A DNA stretch of 64,000 nt from Vicinamibacterales bacterium (GTDB taxonomy: Bacteria; Acidobacteriota; Vicinamibacteria; Vicinamibacterales; UBA2999), in NCBI GenBank assembly GCA_036742665.1, contig DAINQP010000002.1, positions 2,531 to 66,530 on the forward strand. Reading direction: 5' to 3'. Shown piece after piece: positions 28,935 to 38,029 of the stretch; positions within the stretch are counted from its first letter, which is position 1; the number at the start of each line of letters is the position of its first letter. The position numbers and the translations under genes are program-made. The notes beneath the pieces are model-generated. The model saw only the letters and a program-made list of their open reading frames with translations, searched no databases and had not been told where the DNA came from.

Positions 28935-29037
28935 CAGGTCGAGAGTGCCCTACAGGATGGTCGAGCGGGTGTCCATGGCGCTCCTGTGTGATGCCGACAG
29001 GAGCTATGCCTGTTACGTGTGGGATGTAAAGAGGACG

Positions 29038-30081
29038 CTAGCGGGGCGCTGCCGCGGCGCACTCGGCGGCCAGGCGGTCACGCACCGTCGGTGGCATGCC
29101 GCTGGCCACCATCCTGCCCACTCGCATCTCGACGTAGGCTGGCTCCGTGCAACGAGGGTACGGCAGTGGTGCGAGCCTGAGCGACTGAGACGAGCCAAGG
29201 ACGAGCACGGCGTCGAAATGATCTTCGATGCGGGGATTCGCCTTGAAAAAATCGACGGGTGGCGGCGGACCGAAGAACGTCTCGTACGAAGCCGCGCCCA
29301 GCAGCGTTCCCTTCAGTGAGGCTAGCCAGGGCATCGACCAGCCCGCGACGTCCTTCTGGAATGCCGAGAGATCCGCGAACGTGCTCGTCACAGTGAAGAC
29401 CTTCGTCCCGCTGGTCTGAAGGATGCCGACGAGCGATCGACCCGGACGCTCGCTTCTCGCCTGGAAGTGGCCGTCGCCATAGACGACGAGGGCCCTGCGT
29501 CCCTTCGCGAGCACCTCCCGCTGGATCACCTCGGCCGGATGCGAATCGCGTTTCATCAGCACAGTGCGATAGGCCCCCGGCGTCGTCACCTCTTCCCAGT
29601 CGATTGGCGGGTCGCCGAGCAAGATGCGCAGCCGGCGATCGGGCGGCAGCGACCGGTTCACGTCCCGGACCGCACGAAACGTCTCGTCGTACATCGGCCG
29701 ATCCCACGCCGGAGTTGGCGTGACGGTGTTCTCTCTGATCTCGCGCAGCGCCACCTCGGGCACGGCCTCACCCCGGACGTACCGGTCGATGACGTCCTGA
29801 TACCGCGCGCTGCCGCTCTCGATGACGATGTCGTTGACGATGGCTGCGAAGCGCGGATTGCGGATAAGTGCCAGACGAAAGGCGTGACCCTGTTCGTTGC
29901 CATGAGCGCCCTCACCGAGCGCCACGACCGAATACGAGGCGAAGGCATCGAGGATAGAAGACACCGGATCGAGCCGGACGGCTGGCCTGCGCGATGTGTC
30001 CTGCGCCCCTGGATTGGCGTGACCAGCGAACAGAATGGTTGCCGCAACCAGACACGCGCCGGCCAGTCGACGAGTTGCCAT
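29038..30081 (-). CDS. exported protein of unknown function (weak erythromycin-esterase / ChaN-Tiki-like N-terminal motif)
   Basis: Signal peptide LAGACLVAATILFAGHANPGAQ. The ALGEGAHGNEQGH motif resembles the GE.(T/A)HG motif of that superfamily. 347 aa. Confidence 0.45.
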   Translation of the reverse strand: MATRRLAGACLVAATILFAGHANPGAQDTSRRPAVRLDPVSSILDAFASYSVVALGEGAHGNEQGHAFRLALIRNPRFAAIVNDIVIESGSARYQDVIDRYVRGEAVPEVALREIRENTVTPTPAWDRPMYDETFRAVRDVNRSLPPDRRLRILLGDPPIDWEEVTTPGAYRTVLMKRDSHPAEVIQREVLAKGRRALVVYGDGHFQARSERPGRSLVGILQTSGTKVFTVTSTFADLSAFQKDVAGWSMPWLASLKGTLLGAASYETFFGPPPPVDFFKANPRIEDHFDAVLVLGSSQSLRLAPLPYPRCTEPAYVEMRVGRMVASGMPPTVRDRLAAECAAAAPR

Positions 30082-30196
30082 GCCGGAAAAGGTTATAAAA
30101 ATAACACTCGATAGTCAATCCGGCGTGGGCCGGTCGTAGGCGCCCTAATATCTCCCGGTTATTGCGAGGACGTGACCCGGCCGCTACAGTCCCACT

Positions 30197-30757
30197 GTGG
30201 CCCATATTGCTGTTCCCGAAGGTGTTCCCGGTATCGGTTCACTCTTTGCGTTTCGTCCCGAGGCGGCGGCGCCGATGAGAGCGCTCGCCAACGTCCTGCT
30301 CCATGCCGACAGCTCCCTGAGCCGCGGCGAACGCGAGCTCATCGCCGCTTACGTTTCGGCGCTGAACGAATGCGACTTCTGTCATGACAGCCATGCCGCC
30401 GTCGCGTCCTGTCATCTCGGCGACGAGGGCTCCATCGTCACTGCCGTCGTCCGCGACGCATACAGCGCACCGGTCTCGCCGAAGATGAAAGCGCTGCTGG
30501 CGATCGCTGCTCGCGTCCAGCGGAGCGGGCATGATGTGCGAGAGTCCGATATCGTCCGGGCGCGAACGGACGGCGCGACGGACATCGAGATCCACGACGC
30601 GGTGCTCATCGCCGCCGCCTTCTGCATGTTCAATCGCTATGTAGACGGCCTGGGCGCGGTGACGCCCACCGACCCGTCTGGCTATCGCGAGCGAGCGAAG
30701 CATCTCGCCGAGCACGGCTACTCCGCGATACTGCCGCAGCTGCCCATGCGATCGTGA
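30197..30757 (+). CDS. carboxymuconolactone decarboxylase / AhpD-like family protein
   Basis: GTG start. AhpD-core motif ECDFCHDSHAA (CxxC followed by His). 186 aa. Confidence 0.75.
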   Translation: MAHIAVPEGVPGIGSLFAFRPEAAAPMRALANVLLHADSSLSRGERELIAAYVSALNECDFCHDSHAAVASCHLGDEGSIVTAVVRDAYSAPVSPKMKALLAIAARVQRSGHDVRESDIVRARTDGATDIEIHDAVLIAAAFCMFNRYVDGLGAVTPTDPSGYRERAKHLAEHGYSAILPQLPMRS

Positions 30758-31719
30758 CGCACGTTGGGAGTTGGCAATTGACATCTCCGCCTCCGTTCGC
30801 CTGGGACGACTGGTACGCAACGGTCGGCGGCCGATCGATCGACATTCCCGAAGTCACCGATCTCCTGCAGGAGATCTTCAATCATCAGTACCCGCGCTTC
30901 GATGGCGAGGTCGCCGCCACCCGGCGCGCGTTGGGCTCTCCGGCCGCAGCCGCACAGCATCTCAAGGACACGGCGCTCGAGCTCGGCGCCGACATCGTCG
31001 GCATTTGCGGGATCGAGCCGAGCGACGTCTATCGCGGCCGCGTCGTCACCGAGAAGTACGCCATCGCGGTTGGGCAGCGCATGCGGTGGCGGGAGTTTCA
31101 GGTGGTGCCCTCGAAGGCGTCGGCTATCGAATGCCTGCGAGTGTATTTCACCCTCGGCGAAACGGTGATTCGGCTCGCCGCGTACATCCGATCGATCGGC
31201 TATGCGTGCAAGGTGGAGCACCCGATCGGAGACAGTGACCTCCTGCATATCCCGATCGGCCTCAAGGCGGGATTCGGCGAGCTCGGCCGGCACGGCTCGA
31301 TCATTCATCCGACGCTCGGCCCCTTGTTCCGCATGGGCAGCGTCATCACCTCGCTCGAGATGGCAATCGATCACCCGGTCGATGCCGGCATCGCCAGGTT
31401 CTGCGATACCTGCCGCGCCTGCCGGAAGTACTGTCCGCCTGGTGCGATCCCTGACGAGCGCAGTCCGGAAGCGGGCAAGGATCATCTCGGCTACGACCGC
31501 TACGTCGTGGATACCGGTCGCTGCTTTCCCTACTTCGCGAAGCATTCCTACTGCTCGATCTGCCTGCCGGTCTGTGTCTACAACCACAAGGAGTGGGCGC
31601 GGGATTTCGAGGGCGGGCAGACGCAGTCGTTCCCCACTGTGATCATGCTGTCGCCGCCAGCACCCGCGGATCTGCCTGACGAGGAGCGGCGGCACGTCTA
31701 TCCGATGATTCGCCGTTGA
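30754..31719 (+). CDS. 4Fe-4S protein related to reductive dehalogenase / epoxyqueuosine reductase (QueG)-type enzymes
   Basis: GTGA overlap with the upstream gene. Motifs CDTCRACRKYCPPGAI (CxxCxxCxxxCP) and CSICLPVCVYN. The substrate is unknown. Confidence 0.6.
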   Translation: MTHVGSWQLTSPPPFAWDDWYATVGGRSIDIPEVTDLLQEIFNHQYPRFDGEVAATRRALGSPAAAAQHLKDTALELGADIVGICGIEPSDVYRGRVVTEKYAIAVGQRMRWREFQVVPSKASAIECLRVYFTLGETVIRLAAYIRSIGYACKVEHPIGDSDLLHIPIGLKAGFGELGRHGSIIHPTLGPLFRMGSVITSLEMAIDHPVDAGIARFCDTCRACRKYCPPGAIPDERSPEAGKDHLGYDRYVVDTGRCFPYFAKHSYCSICLPVCVYNHKEWARDFEGGQTQSFPTVIMLSPPAPADLPDEERRHVYPMIRR

Positions 31720-31782
31720 CGTTTTCTAGGCGGGTCGAGAGAGCAAGATCCGCCCTACAGCTGCTCGTTGGGAAGGACAGAT

Positions 31783-31814
31783 GTAGGCCGGGTCTGCTTT
31801 GTGGACCCGACTAC
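31783..31814. terminator. REP-like hairpin between convergent genes
   Basis: gtaggccgggtc-tgctttgtg-gacccgactac (a 4+6 bp stem with one bulge). The right arm overlaps the TAG stop of the minus-strand gene. There is no T-run. Confidence 0.35.
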
Positions 31815-32500
31815 GGGCGCGTGAACACGAATAGATGCTGCCAGGGCAGGTCGTCGAAGACTCGCGACTGCTTGAAGCCCTCGTGCTCGACCTCGAGCTT
31901 CACCTGCGCCTTGGTCATCTTGTGCTCGCGCAGGATTGGCACGTCGGGATCCTCGGCGCGATATTCGAGCAACACGAGGCGGCCGCCCGGCTTGATCGCT
32001 TCGCGCAGGCGCTGCAGCATCTTCTGCGGCTCGGAGAACTCGTGGTAAACGTCCACCATGATCGCGAGATCGATCGACTCCGCCGGCAGTTTTGGATCGT
32101 CAATCGCGCCCAGCACCGACACGACATTCGTGAGCTTGGCCTTGCCGACGTTCTTCTGGAGGATCTCCAACATCCCGGGCTGGATGTCGTTAGCGTAGAC
32201 CTTCCCCATCGGGCCGACCTGCTTCGCGAGACGAATGCTGATATTGCCTGAGCCCGCTCCGATGTCGGCGACCGACGCGCCCTTCTGAATTCGCAGCAGA
32301 CGAATCGCGAGATCAGGATCCTCTTCCCGGTCTCGCTCGGGGCGGTCCAGCCACGACGCGCCCTGCACGCCCATCGTCTGGGCGTAGACACGTCCGCTGA
32401 CCGGATGCTTGCCCACCTGCTGGGCAAGCGGTGCAGCCCACAGAAACGCGACGGCGATGACGGCCGGTCCGAGAGGACCGGCCGTATGAAGCTGCCTCAT
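31811..32500 (-). CDS. class I SAM-dependent methyltransferase with N-terminal signal/anchor
   Basis: Motif I VADIGAGSGNISIRLA, post-I YANDIQ. N-terminal hydrophobic AVIAVAFLWAAPLAQQ. Confidence 0.8.
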   Translation of the reverse strand: MRQLHTAGPLGPAVIAVAFLWAAPLAQQVGKHPVSGRVYAQTMGVQGASWLDRPERDREEDPDLAIRLLRIQKGASVADIGAGSGNISIRLAKQVGPMGKVYANDIQPGMLEILQKNVGKAKLTNVVSVLGAIDDPKLPAESIDLAIMVDVYHEFSEPQKMLQRLREAIKPGGRLVLLEYRAEDPDVPILREHKMTKAQVKLEVEHEGFKQSRVFDDLPWQHLFVFTRP

Positions 32501-32856
32501 GCCTTTTTGACCGTGAACTCGAATGGCATGCCCATGAAGTCACCGGTCATCTTGATTTCGCTGGCCGAGACGACACCGGTATACGAGAGGTCCACTGTCA
32601 TGCCACCGAAGTCGAACGTCACCGTGAACGAGATCTTGTCGCCGTCCACCTTGCCGTTCTTGATGGGGACCGATCCGCCGTCGAAACCAAGCGTCGTGCC
32701 GGTCAGCGACGTCCCGTCAGCCTTGAATTCATACTGGACGGGAAGATCACCCATGGGCGTGCTGACCGTCCCAGCCCATTTCCCGTCAACGTCTGCCGCA
32801 AAGGCTGGCGCGGCGAGCAGCAGCAGTCCCACCAGAACCACGAACACCTTCTTCAT
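32497..32856 (-). CDS. small exported protein of unknown function
   Basis: Signal peptide MKKVFVVLVGLLLLAAPAFA. RBS GGGGGA. ATGA overlap with the downstream methyltransferase gene. 119 aa, beta-rich composition. Confidence 0.7.
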   Translation of the reverse strand: MKKVFVVLVGLLLLAAPAFAADVDGKWAGTVSTPMGDLPVQYEFKADGTSLTGTTLGFDGGSVPIKNGKVDGDKISFTVTFDFGGMTVDLSYTGVVSASEIKMTGDFMGMPFEFTVKKA

Positions 32857-33220
32857 CGAACATCCCCCATTGTGAGTTTGAATTAGAGCCGGCGGGCCAC
32901 CTGCCTACGACGAACGTCAACCCCTGAATGTTCTCACAGGCGGGAGTAGGAACGTTCGACCCTACGCCGCGGAGGCGAAAGCTACACACAGAAGTCTCTC
33001 GCCGCCACCACGGAAGTCACAGGCCTGGCTGCCTTGCGACACGCCGTTGACGGCCGATTTTAAAAAGACAGGAGAAATCGTGTAGTTCCGTGACGGCACT
33101 ACGTTTGCTACGAACCAAGGTGGCGGTTTTGCCCGGCATACGGTGCGAGCCGCTCTCCACTGACCGCCCCGACCAGGCCGTATGTGCCTCGGCCAGGCGG
33201 TCAGCGTGGGTTAATGGCTT

Positions 33221-33240
33221 TGTCCGGCTGAAGCCGGACA
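33221..33240 (-). terminator. GC-rich hairpin directly after the stop of 33241..33891
   Basis: tgtccggc-tgaa-gccggaca: an 8-bp stem with a tetraloop, starting 1 nt after the stop codon. There is no T-run, so function as a terminator is uncertain. Confidence 0.45.
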
Positions 33241-33891
33241 CTACATAAATCTCCCCAACAACGCGCCGCGAATTTCCTTCGGCAGGACGCCGTGCAGGTA
33301 TTCGAGCGCCGTTCCGCGGGCACGCGGATCGTCCCCGCGCAGCCCTCGATACGCCGCCCGCAGCGGTTGAACTGGCAACACAAACGACAGCAGCGTGAAG
33401 ACGTGCCGCAGGTCGGGCTCGCTCCGCGCCAGCTCGGTTCGCATCAGATCGAGCAGGCGTTCCGCATCAATCCGGACATCAGCATAACGGCGGCGGATTC
33501 GAAACAGGGAGCGTGCCGACTGTGCTCTGACGTCCGGCAACGAATCCTCGACGGCCATCAGCAGTCCATCGGCGACAACCTGCGATCGGCACACCGATAG
33601 CACTCTGGCCAGGCGCCGCCGCACGACCGGCGTTCGCGTCGGATCGAGCAGCGCGTCGAGGAGCGTACCGCAATGCGCCTCGGCAACGAGTTGCAACGCC
33701 TGCATCGCGGTCCCGGCAACGGCGCGCTCGCCGAGCAGCGGGATCACATGAGGAACGATCGACGCACGAATTGGATTACGCGGATCGAGCACCCGCCGAA
33801 TGCGGTTCACGTCGTGCGACTGCAGCGCGACGATCTGCAGGACGTCGGCGTCAGCGCCGCGCAGATTCGCCCGGGCGGGCTTCCTGGCCAC
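33241..33891 (-). CDS. HEAT/ARM-like helical repeat protein (unknown function)
   Basis: Leu/Arg-rich helical repeats (IPLLGERAVAGTAMQALQLV, VRRRLARVLSV, DVRAQSARSLFRI, RARGTALEYLHGVL). It lies 4 nt after the upstream gene's stop. Confidence 0.45.
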   Translation of the reverse strand: MARKPARANLRGADADVLQIVALQSHDVNRIRRVLDPRNPIRASIVPHVIPLLGERAVAGTAMQALQLVAEAHCGTLLDALLDPTRTPVVRRRLARVLSVCRSQVVADGLLMAVEDSLPDVRAQSARSLFRIRRRYADVRIDAERLLDLMRTELARSEPDLRHVFTLLSFVLPVQPLRAAYRGLRGDDPRARGTALEYLHGVLPKEIRGALLGRFM

Positions 33892-33895
33892 TCGA

Positions 33896-34735
33896 TTACC
33901 GCGCGCCGCGCTCGAGTTGCCGGCGTGTCGTATCGAGCGTGAAGGTCAGCGACTCGCGAGGAATGCTGGTGACGAACGGACCGACGATCCAGCCAAACCC
34001 GGTCGGGATTCCTCGTGACAGCGACACTGACTCGCAGTGAATATAGAGTCCGCCGTCCCGCGCGAGCAGGCGCCAGTACGTGTTCAGCCGCCACAGATAT
34101 CCGCCGTCGTTGCCGACAGGCTTCTCGCGCTCAGTCGGTGTGCCCGGGTTCTCGACCTCGGCGATGCGCGTGCTGTGGATCCAGCCTTCGGCACGATCAG
34201 CGGCTGGCTTGCGGAACACTGCCTCGTGGTCGGTATTGACCACGACGGTGATCACCTTCTTCATGACGAAGCGAAGGAAGAACGTGAAGCGATCGCCGTC
34301 ACGCGACTGCAACTTCGAAGCGGCAACCGTCGGCGCATAGATGCGATGGTGCTCGTTGTAATTCTGCAGTACCGACAAGGCCTGGGCGATGGTTGCGCCC
34401 GGAACGAACGCGGTCCCGACCCAGTGATGGATCATGCCGCCCGGCGCATCGATCTCGCGGCCGTTGTCCTTCGTCTCGAGCCGCTCGATCGAGAGTTCGT
34501 TTCGCCGCACAGCGTCGAGTGCTTCACGCCGCCTGGCCTCGGGCAGACCATCGATCCACAGGAAAGGGACATTGCCGTTGAGGCGGGCTTCGGTGAGACG
34601 GACATAGCGGTCGAAGGCCTGGGTGGTCCGGTTCTGAAGTTCGGCCGCGGCCGCGGCAGGCGCTGCCTGGACGCCATGCGTCATCGCGCATGCGACTAAA
34701 ATCTCCGCGACCAGAAACCAGGATCTGCCGAGCAT
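33896..34735 (-). CDS. exported protein of unknown function
   Basis: I moved the start to ATG 34735 (MLGRSWFLVAEILVACAMTHGVQA is a signal peptide). 279 aa of balanced composition. No family recognised. Confidence 0.55.
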   Translation of the reverse strand: MLGRSWFLVAEILVACAMTHGVQAAPAAAAAELQNRTTQAFDRYVRLTEARLNGNVPFLWIDGLPEARRREALDAVRRNELSIERLETKDNGREIDAPGGMIHHWVGTAFVPGATIAQALSVLQNYNEHHRIYAPTVAASKLQSRDGDRFTFFLRFVMKKVITVVVNTDHEAVFRKPAADRAEGWIHSTRIAEVENPGTPTEREKPVGNDGGYLWRLNTYWRLLARDGGLYIHCESVSLSRGIPTGFGWIVGPFVTSIPRESLTFTLDTTRRQLERGAR

Positions 34736-34793
34736 TGCCCCAATCGTAATGAAAGGTGCAAGACAGCGGAAATGCGGCTCACGGCCGGGCGCC

Positions 34794-35630
34794 CTATCTT
34801 CGCCGCACTTCAACTTCGATCAGCTCGATGCGGCTGTCACCGGTGTTGGTGATCTGATGGCGATCGCCGGGATCGAAATACGCCCACTGCCCAGGCTCGT
34901 TGAACTCGAACGTCATCCCGCCGATGCCGAGCCCCTTGCCAGTCGTATCCTGAAAAATGACCACCGGCGCCTTGTGCTGATGCGACGGTGACTTCTCGCC
35001 CGGAGCCAGGGCGATGCGATACGCGCGGAACCACTTGTTGCTCGAGATCGGCTTGTCAGTGAATCCAGCCTGCTCCTCGGTCACGGTCTCATCGCCTCCG
35101 GCCGTTTCGTTGACGACGACCATCGCGCGAAACAGCCCGGGCCCGTCATTGCGGATGCGGTGCGTGTTCGGCTTCTCCGCGTAACTGAGATCGCTCATGA
35201 GATGGGGGCGGCCGCGTACCGGTCCACGCGCGCCAGGCGCGATTCCGGCCGGAGCCGCAGCAGCTGGTGCCGGTGCACCACTGGCGGCCGGCGCAGGTCC
35301 ACGGCCGCGGCGTCCCGCGCCCCACTCTTCGCCGAGATTCTGACTCTCGGTTGGCGAGTCCGACGTCGTCAGGTAGTAGACCGGCCACTCGTGAGTGTGA
35401 AACCAGGAGACGTCGCCAGGAGGAAGCTGCAAATCGAGGATGCGGAGCGGTCCACGCTGAAACACCTGCCGATGATGCGGCTCCTGCTGAACGGGCATGA
35501 TCGGGGTCTGCCCGCTACCGGTCGCATCTGCCGGGCGCCATTCCGGGCCCTGACCTGAGACGCCAACCGCGCAGGCGAGGAGACCGCAGACGACAAGGGC
35601 GAGCGTGGATGTGCGCGTCATGGCGCGCAT
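34794..35630 (-). CDS. bicupin-like exported protein with Ala/Pro/Gly/Arg-rich linker
   Basis: Signal/lipobox LALVVCGLLACAVG. Cupin-like motifs HHRQVF...WFHTHEWPVYY and PSHQHKAPVVIF...GDRHQITN are separated by GAGRRGRGPAPAASGAPAPAAAAPAG. Confidence 0.6.
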   Translation of the reverse strand: MRAMTRTSTLALVVCGLLACAVGVSGQGPEWRPADATGSGQTPIMPVQQEPHHRQVFQRGPLRILDLQLPPGDVSWFHTHEWPVYYLTTSDSPTESQNLGEEWGAGRRGRGPAPAASGAPAPAAAAPAGIAPGARGPVRGRPHLMSDLSYAEKPNTHRIRNDGPGLFRAMVVVNETAGGDETVTEEQAGFTDKPISSNKWFRAYRIALAPGEKSPSHQHKAPVVIFQDTTGKGLGIGGMTFEFNEPGQWAYFDPGDRHQITNTGDSRIELIEVEVRRR

Positions 35631-35666
35631 GCTAGCGCGTCTCCGCGCACGATGCCACGCGTCAAG

Positions 35667-35930
35667 TCACATTTGACTGTGGTTTGCGCGCGGCGCGTTT
35701 GACCATGCGTCGGACCGCAGCAGGGTGCGGCAGGCCGAACAGATCCCGTGCGAGAGCCCGCGATCGTCGATCGGTACGTCGACCAGGACTGCCTCTGGTT
35801 GATCGTAGTTCGCACACCACCCACACACCGTCCGGATCGGACGCACCGCAGAACCGTCGATGATCCTCGCGCGGTCGGTGACGACTTCGCCATGGAGATG
35901 TGCACTGAGCATGAAGGTGTTCGATGTCAC
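35667..35930 (-). CDS. small putative zinc-ribbon protein
   Basis: 87 aa with CGWC...(22 aa)...HGICSAC (4 Cys). I prefer it over the overlapping Arg-rich 129-aa ORF in another frame. Confidence 0.4.
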   Translation of the reverse strand: MTSNTFMLSAHLHGEVVTDRARIIDGSAVRPIRTVCGWCANYDQPEAVLVDVPIDDRGLSHGICSACRTLLRSDAWSNAPRANHSQM

Positions 35931-36177
35931 TCATCGCAAGTCGCATGCCCTGTTGAACACCAACACGGCCGTAGTGGTCGAGTTGTCGATTGTCTAAACG
36001 ATCGACGAGTTCATCACGGGCGCACGAATCACGCGCGACATTCGCGCGCAAGTCACGGCGTACTCTTTCTCCATGATCAGGAAGAAGTTGCTACACAGGA
36101 GTGAAGCGCGTTCACAACTTTGCACAACGCATTCGATGCGATTCTGGGGAGCGATGATGCACGGGCATGTCTCGCGA

Positions 36178-37659
36178 TCATCGCGCGATGACGGATGCGC
36201 ATTTCTCCCCAATCATGACGCACGCCGCGTGCGTGGGAGCGTTGACGATCACCGGCATGATCGACGCGTCGGCGACACGCACACCGTCGATGCCGTGCAG
36301 TCGGAGTTCGGCATCGACCACTGCTCCGCGATCCGATGCGGGTCCCATGCGGCACGTGCCGGCGGCGTGATAGATCGAGTCGGCTTTCTGCCGCGCGAAC
36401 TGTGCCACGTCCTGGATTGACACGCCCGGCTCGACCCCCTCGGCGCGCAGATGATCGTACGCGCGCGACTCGCCGAGACGCCGCGCGAGCGCGACACCTT
36501 CGAGCAGCACCTCGACATCATGTGGATCGCTCAGATAGTTCATGCGAATGCGCGGTACGGCGTCGGGATCAGCCGCCGCCAACGTCACCGCGCCGTGCGA
36601 TCGAGGCTTGAGATGCGAGACAGTGATCGTGACGAAGTCATCAGCCTGATCGAGGCCGCGACCGACGATCACCTGCAGGTCGCCCTCTTCACGCGATGAC
36701 GAGGTAAACAGGCCCGCGACCACATTCGAACCAGGCAGGGTGGTCTTGCTCTTCCACCGAACCGAGAGCTTCAAGTGGTCCTGCAGATTGGCTCCAACGC
36801 CGGGCAGATCCACGACGACGGGAACGCCGTGCGCCTGCAGATCCGCGGCAGGGCCAATGCCGGAACGCATCAACAGCGTCGGCGTGCCGATCGCGCCCGC
36901 ACACACCACGACTTCCCGCTGCGCACGAACCTCCTCGCGGCGGCCGTCGCGAAGATACTCGATGCCGACGGCGCGGTGCCCATCGAGCAGGAGGCGCGTG
37001 ACGTGCACCGGTGACCGGACGTCAACGTTCGGCCGCTGAAGCGCCGGCGCGAGGAATGCGGCAGCGGTGCTGTGCCGTCGCCCATCAAGGATGTTTTTCG
37101 GGAAGAATCCGGCAACGCCCTGCGGGTCTGGACCGTTGAAGTTGTGCCGCGGATTGACGCCGAATCCCAGTTCGCCAGCAGCGCGCAGGAATGCCTGGTG
37201 GCTCTCGTGTGGATCGTCGCCCTGAACAATCGCGAGCTGCCGATCGCGCGCGAAGAACGGCGTCAGCTCGTCGTAGCCCCAGCCAGGATTGCCGCACGCA
37301 CGCCAGCCGTCGAAACACGAGCGGCTGCCGCGAATGTGCACCATCGCGTTGATCGCGCTGGAGCCGCCGTAGGCCTTGCCGCGAGGCACCGCAATGCGTC
37401 GTCCAGCGAGATATGCCTCGGGCTCGGTGACGAAACCCCAGTCGTACGACGAACCCATGAGGGACACCCAGCAGCCCGCTGCGAGGACGCGCGGGTCGTG
37501 CTCACCCGACACACCGGCTTCGAGCACGAGAATCCGAATTGAAGAATCGACCGATAGACGATGAACGAGTGCGCAGCCAGAGGATCCAGCGCCAACGATG
37601 ATGTAGTCGGGATCAGTCAAACATCTTCTCGGCCGCGCCCGCGAGCGTGATGAAGCCAA
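36178..37659 (-). CDS. GMC family FAD-dependent oxidoreductase (choline/glucose dehydrogenase-like)
   Basis: DYIIVGAGSSGCALVHRLS (FAD-binding motif). GMC signatures GGSSAINAM and a C-terminal active-site region IYHAAGTCRMG. An alternative TTG start at 37620 would reduce the overlap with the upstream gene to 8 nt. Confidence 0.9.
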   Translation of the reverse strand: MASSRSRARPRRCLTDPDYIIVGAGSSGCALVHRLSVDSSIRILVLEAGVSGEHDPRVLAAGCWVSLMGSSYDWGFVTEPEAYLAGRRIAVPRGKAYGGSSAINAMVHIRGSRSCFDGWRACGNPGWGYDELTPFFARDRQLAIVQGDDPHESHQAFLRAAGELGFGVNPRHNFNGPDPQGVAGFFPKNILDGRRHSTAAAFLAPALQRPNVDVRSPVHVTRLLLDGHRAVGIEYLRDGRREEVRAQREVVVCAGAIGTPTLLMRSGIGPAADLQAHGVPVVVDLPGVGANLQDHLKLSVRWKSKTTLPGSNVVAGLFTSSSREEGDLQVIVGRGLDQADDFVTITVSHLKPRSHGAVTLAAADPDAVPRIRMNYLSDPHDVEVLLEGVALARRLGESRAYDHLRAEGVEPGVSIQDVAQFARQKADSIYHAAGTCRMGPASDRGAVVDAELRLHGIDGVRVADASIMPVIVNAPTHAACVMIGEKCASVIAR

Positions 37660-38029
37660 GCAGGCATCCGCTGCTGCCGTCGCGCAGCTGATGACAGCGC
37701 ACGCCGATCGTCGAGCCGACCTTGATCATGTCTTTCGTCCACCCGCGTCGCTCGATCTGGATGACGCTGGCACCTTCGAGCGCCCACATCATCGGCTCGC
37801 CTTTGTCGTCCTTTACCTCGAGGTAAATCCAGGTGTGCGGATTGATCCAGTGCACTTCCTTCACGACTCCTGTGAGGGTCGTGTACTCGGTCATGTTGTA
37901 GTTGCCGTGCGAGTGGTGGCCATCGATGCGCACCGTGAGAAGGCCGAAGAGCAGGAGTAGGGCGGGTCCTCTGCTTCGGACCCGGCGCGTGCACACTGCA
38001 AGACGCGCCCTCCATGTGACGGCGCTCAT
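37613..38029 (-). CDS. DUF6152-like small exported protein
   Basis: Hydrophobic N-terminus ALLLLFGLLTVRIDG|HHSHGNY. Shared blocks GVVKEVHWINPHTWIYLEVKDDKG and RRGWTKDMIKVGSTIGV. ATGA overlap with the upstream gene. Confidence 0.7.
   Translation of the reverse strand: MSAVTWRARLAVCTRRVRSRGPALLLLFGLLTVRIDGHHSHGNYNMTEYTTLTGVVKEVHWINPHTWIYLEVKDDKGEPMMWALEGASVIQIERRGWTKDMIKVGSTIGVRCHQLRDGSSGCLLGFITLAGAAEKMFD

Noticed and set aside
35662-36051. 129-aa ORF overlapping the small Cys-rich ORF
   Set aside because: It is Arg-rich with no motifs. The alternative frame (35667..35930) contains a coherent CxxC...CxxC pattern. Both remain low confidence.
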